A DNA stretch of 64,000 nucleotides. Source: Mantamonas sphyraenae STR306. Taxonomy: Eukaryota; Protista; CRuMs. The number at the start of each line of letters is the position of its first letter. The stretch's first letter is position 1. The stretch is taken from the NCBI GenBank assembly GCA_026936335.1, contig JAPMXV010000051.1, positions 372,001 through 436,000 of the forward strand, in the 5' to 3' direction. Position numbers and translations under genes: made by a program. The notes beneath the pieces are model-generated. The model saw only the letters and a program-made list of their open reading frames with translations. It made no database searches and was not told where the DNA came from. Below are positions 58,403 to 64,000 of the stretch, one piece after another.

Positions 58403-61400
58403 TCAACGCCTTGTCCACGACTCGTCCGTTCTGCCCGACCCAGACGACGCAACAACCGCCTGGAAGTCACCCGACAAGTCCACTTCCGTGCCATCTTGCC
58501 AACAGGTTGCCAATGTGGGCACCTGGTCCACAAAGTCCACCTGGTGCTTCCCTTGCACGCGCTCCTTTGTCTCCACCTCGCTTCTCGCGTTGTACTCGTG
58601 CACGCGCTGCATCAGCATCGCCAGCTGTGCGGGACTCAGCAGCATACTCGAGTCAATCTCTCCACTTTCCATCAACTTGGCTGCAGCCGAGGACCGCACC
58701 TCACCAGGAGATGCGGCTGGCATTTTCCACGTGAATGTCTCCTCCGCCCATTCGTCCTTTTGCAACCCTTGCACCTGCCTCTCCCTTGCCATGTCCTTTG
58801 CAGCTGCGTAACTGTCGTACTCGTACTCGTCTTCCTTGCTCTCCTCCTCGTCCTCGACGTCCATGTCTGCGCTCATCGGCGTGCGCAACGGCCCCGCACG
58901 ATGGTACCCGCTCCCGGGCGTGGCCATGGACATTGCGGACAGGTTTGCGCTTGCGTTGGCTCCACTCAGAAGGGAAGATTCACTCTGTCGCTCCTCGTAG
59001 TGCACACTGTGCTCGCCGTCCGTGGACACGTGTCCTCTGCCCTCGCTGTCGCCCTTCCATACCCGCTCGTCCGGATACACCACAAAGAGAGCATCGATCG
59101 CGTTCCCAATGTTAAACTCCACCCGCATGCTCTGCAACGATCGCTGCTGGTGCAGCGATAGAGGCACAACGTAATGCAGCTCACCCAGCGGTTGTGGTTC
59201 TTCGTGCACAATCTTGTGAAAGTAGGCCGACCCGCTGTACTGCAGGCGGATTCCCTTCAGCTCAGGCGTCTCTAGCATGCGTGCATTCACCTTGTAGACC
59301 AGCACTGCCTGCGAGTACATGTTGCCTACGCTTATGGACTTGCGTTCGTTCCACACCGGATCCACCTGCACATGAGTCTTCCATCCGTTCGACGAAACCA
59401 ACGCGTCCGCAGGCACTCGCCCCTTGCGCATCCATCCGTACGTTGCGTCCAGTCCCAGTTCCTCTTTGCCCTCCTCCACACTGCAAAGCCCCACGAGATC
59501 CAGTGGAAGCGCAAACACTCGCTGCTTGCTGTCCTCGCGTCGCTCCCGCACTCGATCCACCATACGTGGTGAAAGCACAAGTGATGCCTCAGAATCCTCT
59601 GTACGCGTGCGCGAGGTCGTTGGTGAAACCGTTTTGGGCATCCTGTCCATCAGCGACCTGCGCACGTTGCGCGCAGGCGGCGTCGTCGTCGCTTCCGGGT
59701 CCTTCAGCACACGCTGTACGGCGGGCACACTGCGACTGCTCGATGGTACGTCTCTCAACTCCTCCATGTGCAACTTCTGCAGGTCGAGCGTGCCAAACGG
59801 GCTACGCAGAGGCGAAAGCACGCGCACAGAACTCTTTCCTTTGCTTGGCGTACTCGCCAACGTGTCGTTCTCATTCTCTTGTTCCGCATGCTCGACATCG
59901 TTCACATACGACGAACGACTGATATCTACCTCTGTCACGGGACCAAAGATGGTGATGTCCGACTGTTCCACCTCGTCCACAGGCGACGACAAGGTCTCCT
60001 CCTCGTCTTCGTCGTCCTCGCTTGCACCCGAACCGTCCCCCACCAGCGATACCTGGATAGACGGAGGCGTCTCATGGATATCTGCCCACGCAATACGCGC
60101 ACTGTTGTTGGCATTGTTGTTGATGTTGTTGGTGCTTGCGCTGGAGCTGCTTGTGGTGGTGTCGATTGCCCTTGTCGTTGCACTGCCTGCCACACGGTCC
60201 ATGTCCAACGCTTTGCGGCGCGGCGAGTGAAACTCGACTGGCTCTGAGTTGGGCCTCAGTTTGATCTTGGTCGGCGAGGGCACAGTGTGCTGCTCCAGTG
60301 CGCTTTGCAGCCGTGCATACTCCTTCAACTGCATCTCGCGCCGCCACAGGTCATGTTCCCACTCCTGCAGCCGCTGCTCTCGCTCCCGAACTCGGCCCAG
60401 TGTTTGCTCCAGCGTGCGCACTTGTTGTTCAGCCTTTTCTTTCAGCAGTTGCAGCGTGTTGGCCGTCCTCTTCCAATCTTCGACCTCTTCCAGAAGACCC
60501 TGCATGCGCTCCTCATCATGCGGCGCCTTGAATCGCTCCTGCAGCTCAGCAAGCAGCTCCGACTCCAAACTTTTGTACTCTTGCTCCAGATCCTGGCGCA
60601 GCTGCCGTTCCCGCAATGCGTACTGCGCGGCCATTCGCTGCAGTTGCTTCGCCGCGTTCTCTCGCTCGATCCACACCTTGACTGCCGAGTAGTCCAGGAT
60701 CTGGCGGATCTCTGGTCGCTCACTTTGCTTCTTTTCCAGCATTTTGTTGATGAGGAACTGCAGCTCCACAGAGTAGCTGGAGGGCAGTGGCGGGTGTTCG
60801 TCGCCAACGATTTTCCTGCCGCAAAACATACAGTGTCAGCACAGAAGTACACCCACCCACCCACATACACACACCTTTCCACACACCTCCTCTCTCAAAA
60901 ACGTACTTGGCAAGTGCAATCTGGTTGCCAGCCATGAAAGGAGGTTGCAAGGTGCACAGCTCGTACAGAAGGCATCCCAATGCCCAGACGTCCGATTTGG
61001 CGTTGTACGGCTGGTCCTCACACAGTTCTGGTGACATGTACAGCGGCGTGCCCACACCTGTGTGTGCCCACGACTTGGAGCCCAACATCACGCTCAAGCC
61101 CAAATCGCCCAACTTGGCGTTGCCGTCCTCGTCCAGGAACACGTTCTGTGGCTTGATGTCTCTGTGTAGGATCTTCTTGGAGTGCAAACACTCCAGGCCT
61201 CTGCACACGTGCACCATCAGCTGCCAGATACGCTCCTCGTCAAGGCCGCTGCAAACGTGGTTCAAAATGTGTGAGTTGCCGCCAGAAAGCGCGCGCGCTG
61301 TGTCCGTTTGTCCTTTTCGGGGCTCCCTATCCCCACCATGCACTGCCTACCTTGTCCTCCCCTGGAGCTGCATGCCCAGATCGCCCCCGGACGCGTACTC

Positions 61401-61829
61401 CATGACAATGAACAGATCCTGCGTGTGCGTAAATGTGGGGCACTGCGTCAGCGCGTCGCGCAGACAGAAATCCTGCGGTGGAGCTTACCTCGTTCTCCAC
61501 AAACGACTCGTAGTAAGATATCACGTTGGGATGATCCAACTGACGCATCACCCTCGTCTGCAACGTCCCAGTTCGTCCCCGTGTATACATGCGTTTGTAT
61601 GTGTGTGTGTGTGTGTGTGTGTGAGCGTGTCTCGGCCAACACACGAAACCTCGGCCCCGCCTTTTCTCACCTCAATCAAAACATCGTCGCACTCGGCGTG
61701 GCTGAGCCCCTGCAGCGAAATCTGCTTCATCACGCATACGTGTGAATCCAACACACGCCTAACTTTGTGCACCTTGCCGTTCGATCCCTTCCCCAAGAAG
61801 GACAGGTGCTCGTAGCTGCGCAGCGGCAT
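58403..61829 (-). CDS. NIMA-related kinase with coiled-coil and long C-terminal extension, 5 exons
   Basis: GKGSNG, VMKQI, HRDIKPQN, GDLG, VGTPLYMSPELC..QPYNAKSDVWALGC. Confidence 0.9.
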
Positions 61830-61897
61830 CGTCCGTCGTGTCGCCTGTGGTGTTGCTTTGCATCCGCTCGCGCGTCCAACCAACGTCCAATCCGCCA
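61830..61897. promoter_or_regulatory. Probable bidirectional promoter NEK/WDR90
   Basis: 68 bp between divergent ATGs. Confidence 0.55.
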
Positions 61898-64000
61898 ATG
61901 AGCAAATCGCACACGCGCGCAAAGCGCTCGTCACATGCTTCCAGCTCGTTTGTCAATCTGGCGGACAAGCACAAACGTGTGTTTCTTGGCCCCGCAGCTC
62001 ATTGCCAGACCCGCACGCAGCCCTTGTCTCACACCCGTGGCCCCTTATTGCCGCACCGTACACACCCCACAGTCTGGCAGTCGCCCTATGTCGATGTGTT
62101 CAAGTTTGCCCACGTCTCGGACGAAAACGCAAAGAATGTCGTCCGTGACGGCGACTGCGCACAGGTTTTGGTACGAAGCGCGCCAAAAACGCACAATCCG
62201 TTCTCCGTTTCCCTCAGCAGCCACGCTCACACACGCCTCCTGCTTTCCACTTCCCCACAGGACTCGCAAATCGGCAAGAAGGTTTTCCGCATGGTTGGAT
62301 CCATTCCTGCCGCCAACTCGCTCCAGTTCCCCAAGAAGCGCCACCACGTACTCGGCTGCACTGGTCGCTTCCTCTATCTCCAACTCCGCTTCAGCGAAAA
62401 GAAGTTCTTTGTGCTTCACATCGACCTGCTCACCATGGACAACATGCCCGTCAAGGTCTCCCTCAGCAACTTGTACAAGCAGGTCAAGGTGCGTGCTCCC
62501 GCTGCCTGCCCATGCCCACGTGGCCGTCCCTGCTCACTCACACCGTCAATTTTGGCGCGCTCCATTTCCCGCAGACAAACTCGCAGCTTGTGCAGATCCC
62601 CTTCACACCCGAGTCCAACCGTTGGTCGGTGCTCACCATTGATGCTGCCAATCTGCTCGACGAGTACCTCGGGGCCAGCTACAAATGCCTCAAGAGCATG
62701 CAGCTGTGTTCGCACATGTCTGTGCGCTCGGTGCTCTGCTCCGACATCCTGTTTCGTCCCGACGCCATCCCTCGTGAGTGCGGCCTGCCTCTTAAGCGTG
62801 GCACCCGCTTCGAGGACAAGTACGACTTTGCTTGTCTTCCCGAATCCTCCCTGGACCTGTTTGACGAACCCGACGACAAACTTGTCGTCCGCGAACGCGA
62901 AGATGTCGTCCCTGCACGTTCCCAGAACGCACACATCTCCTCCTCCTCTTCGCAGGCCTCTGCAGACGCCATCGACATCCCCGTCGCCGGCAGCGACTCC
63001 CGTCCATCCTCCAGTGGCGGCAGTACTGTCCAGGGCTCAAGCAGCGGTCGCCCGGCCTCCAGCTCCGCTGGCACTAAGCGCCCCACCACTGCTTTGACCA
63101 AGCGTCGCAAGAACGGCAAGGGGCCTAGCAGAGCCGGTGATAGCAGCTCCGCAAAGTCCAAAGAGGCTGCATCCCGCCACCATGCGCGCGAACTCCACGA
63201 CATCCTCGCTCCACTGCTGGAAAAGGTCGACCAGGATAAGGTGCGCGCTCGTTCTTTCCTCCAACCCGACCCCATCATGAATCTCAGTCGGTCCATCGGC
63301 TTCTCGGGCGAGTTCCCAGGAAACCTCACCTGGTCGCTCGACGGCAGCGAAATCCTGTACACCAGCGGCTCCACCGTGGTCAAGATGAACCCTCTCACGG
63401 GAGCACAGTCATTCTTTCATGGACACACTGCCCCCGTGTGCTGCATGATCAAGTCGCCCGAACACTACCTCCTGGCAAGCGGCCAGTCCGGAAAGCAGCC
63501 CATTGTAAGTTGGCATGGGGATCGATCGGTCGATCGGTTTGGTGAGAGGGTACAGCGGATGGGATTGTGTGAGAGTGGCCCCAGAGAGCAATGGTGACGG
63601 GAAAAGAGTGAGGATGGCTCACACCGCAGCATGCAGATTCGCATTTGGAACTACCTCAACGGCGAGTGCATGTCTGTCCTTAAAGCCCATGCGCACAGTC
63701 TGGAATGCATGGCGTTCTCGCCCAATGGCAAGCTGCTGGCTGCAGTGGGCAAAGATCAGCACTCGCGCCAGATGATTGTTGTGTGGGACATCACACCCAT
63801 CGGCAAGGGAAACCAACCCATCAAGGTCGCACAGCAGATGTCCGAGTATCACATCTCATGCATCAAGTTTCTGTCATGGGAAAACACACAGGTGGTGACC
63901 TGTGGTGCGCACAACGCACGCCTCTGGCGCATCAAGGATGGCTCCCTCCGCGGTTGCTCTCTGGGACTGCGCGAGCACGCCAAGGTCCATTTCACCGACG
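61898..64000 (+). CDS. WDR90: WDR90/POC16-like centriolar protein (CFAP20/DUF667 domain plus WD40), runs off the right edge
   Basis: VWQSPYVDVFK, LGCTGRFLYLQ, VSLSNLYK, LQPDPIMNL..IGF, FFHGHT, WD repeats. Confidence 0.88.

Noticed and set aside
1-64000. Non-standard genetic code; tRNA, rRNA or snoRNA genes
   Set aside because: TAA, TAG and TGA all occur at expected C-termini with no in-frame stops in conserved domains. No RNA gene could be recognised by eye.

Overview
Eukaryotic nuclear DNA, not prokaryotic: GC-rich and very gene-dense (about 33 genes in 64 kb), with short GT-AG introns (GTGAGT/GTACGT/GTGCGT donors, CTGAC-type branch points). Gene content (AK7, KIF6, NEK, WDR90, OCRL, an AOAH-like gene, a MASE1 hybrid histidine kinase, a uridine kinase-CYTH protein, an MtnB-MtnC fusion, DMC1) suggests a flagellated, probably bacterivorous protist; I cannot name the taxon. 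Gene models were spliced by hand from the sequence and named from remembered family motifs, with no database search. Main points of interest: (1) operon-like same-strand gene chains with almost no spacers, including an ATGA stop/start overlap (NUP153-like/RRS1), a stop-start mini-ORF bridge (histidine kinase/METTL6-like) and a 9-nt in-frame spacer, suggesting polycistronic or translationally coupled expression; (2) a four-copy array of an orphan multi-pass membrane protein with divergent loops but an identical intron, whose duplication captured the OCRL promoter and start codon; (3) a NUP153-like nucleoporin with charged RFG repeats; (4) an Edc1/PNRC-type decapping activator with five helical leucine motifs; (5) an orphan, possibly regulatory gene with GGAATTCC palindromes; (6) orientation-independent G/C skew blocks; (7) five single-base frame breaks that are most likely assembly errors.
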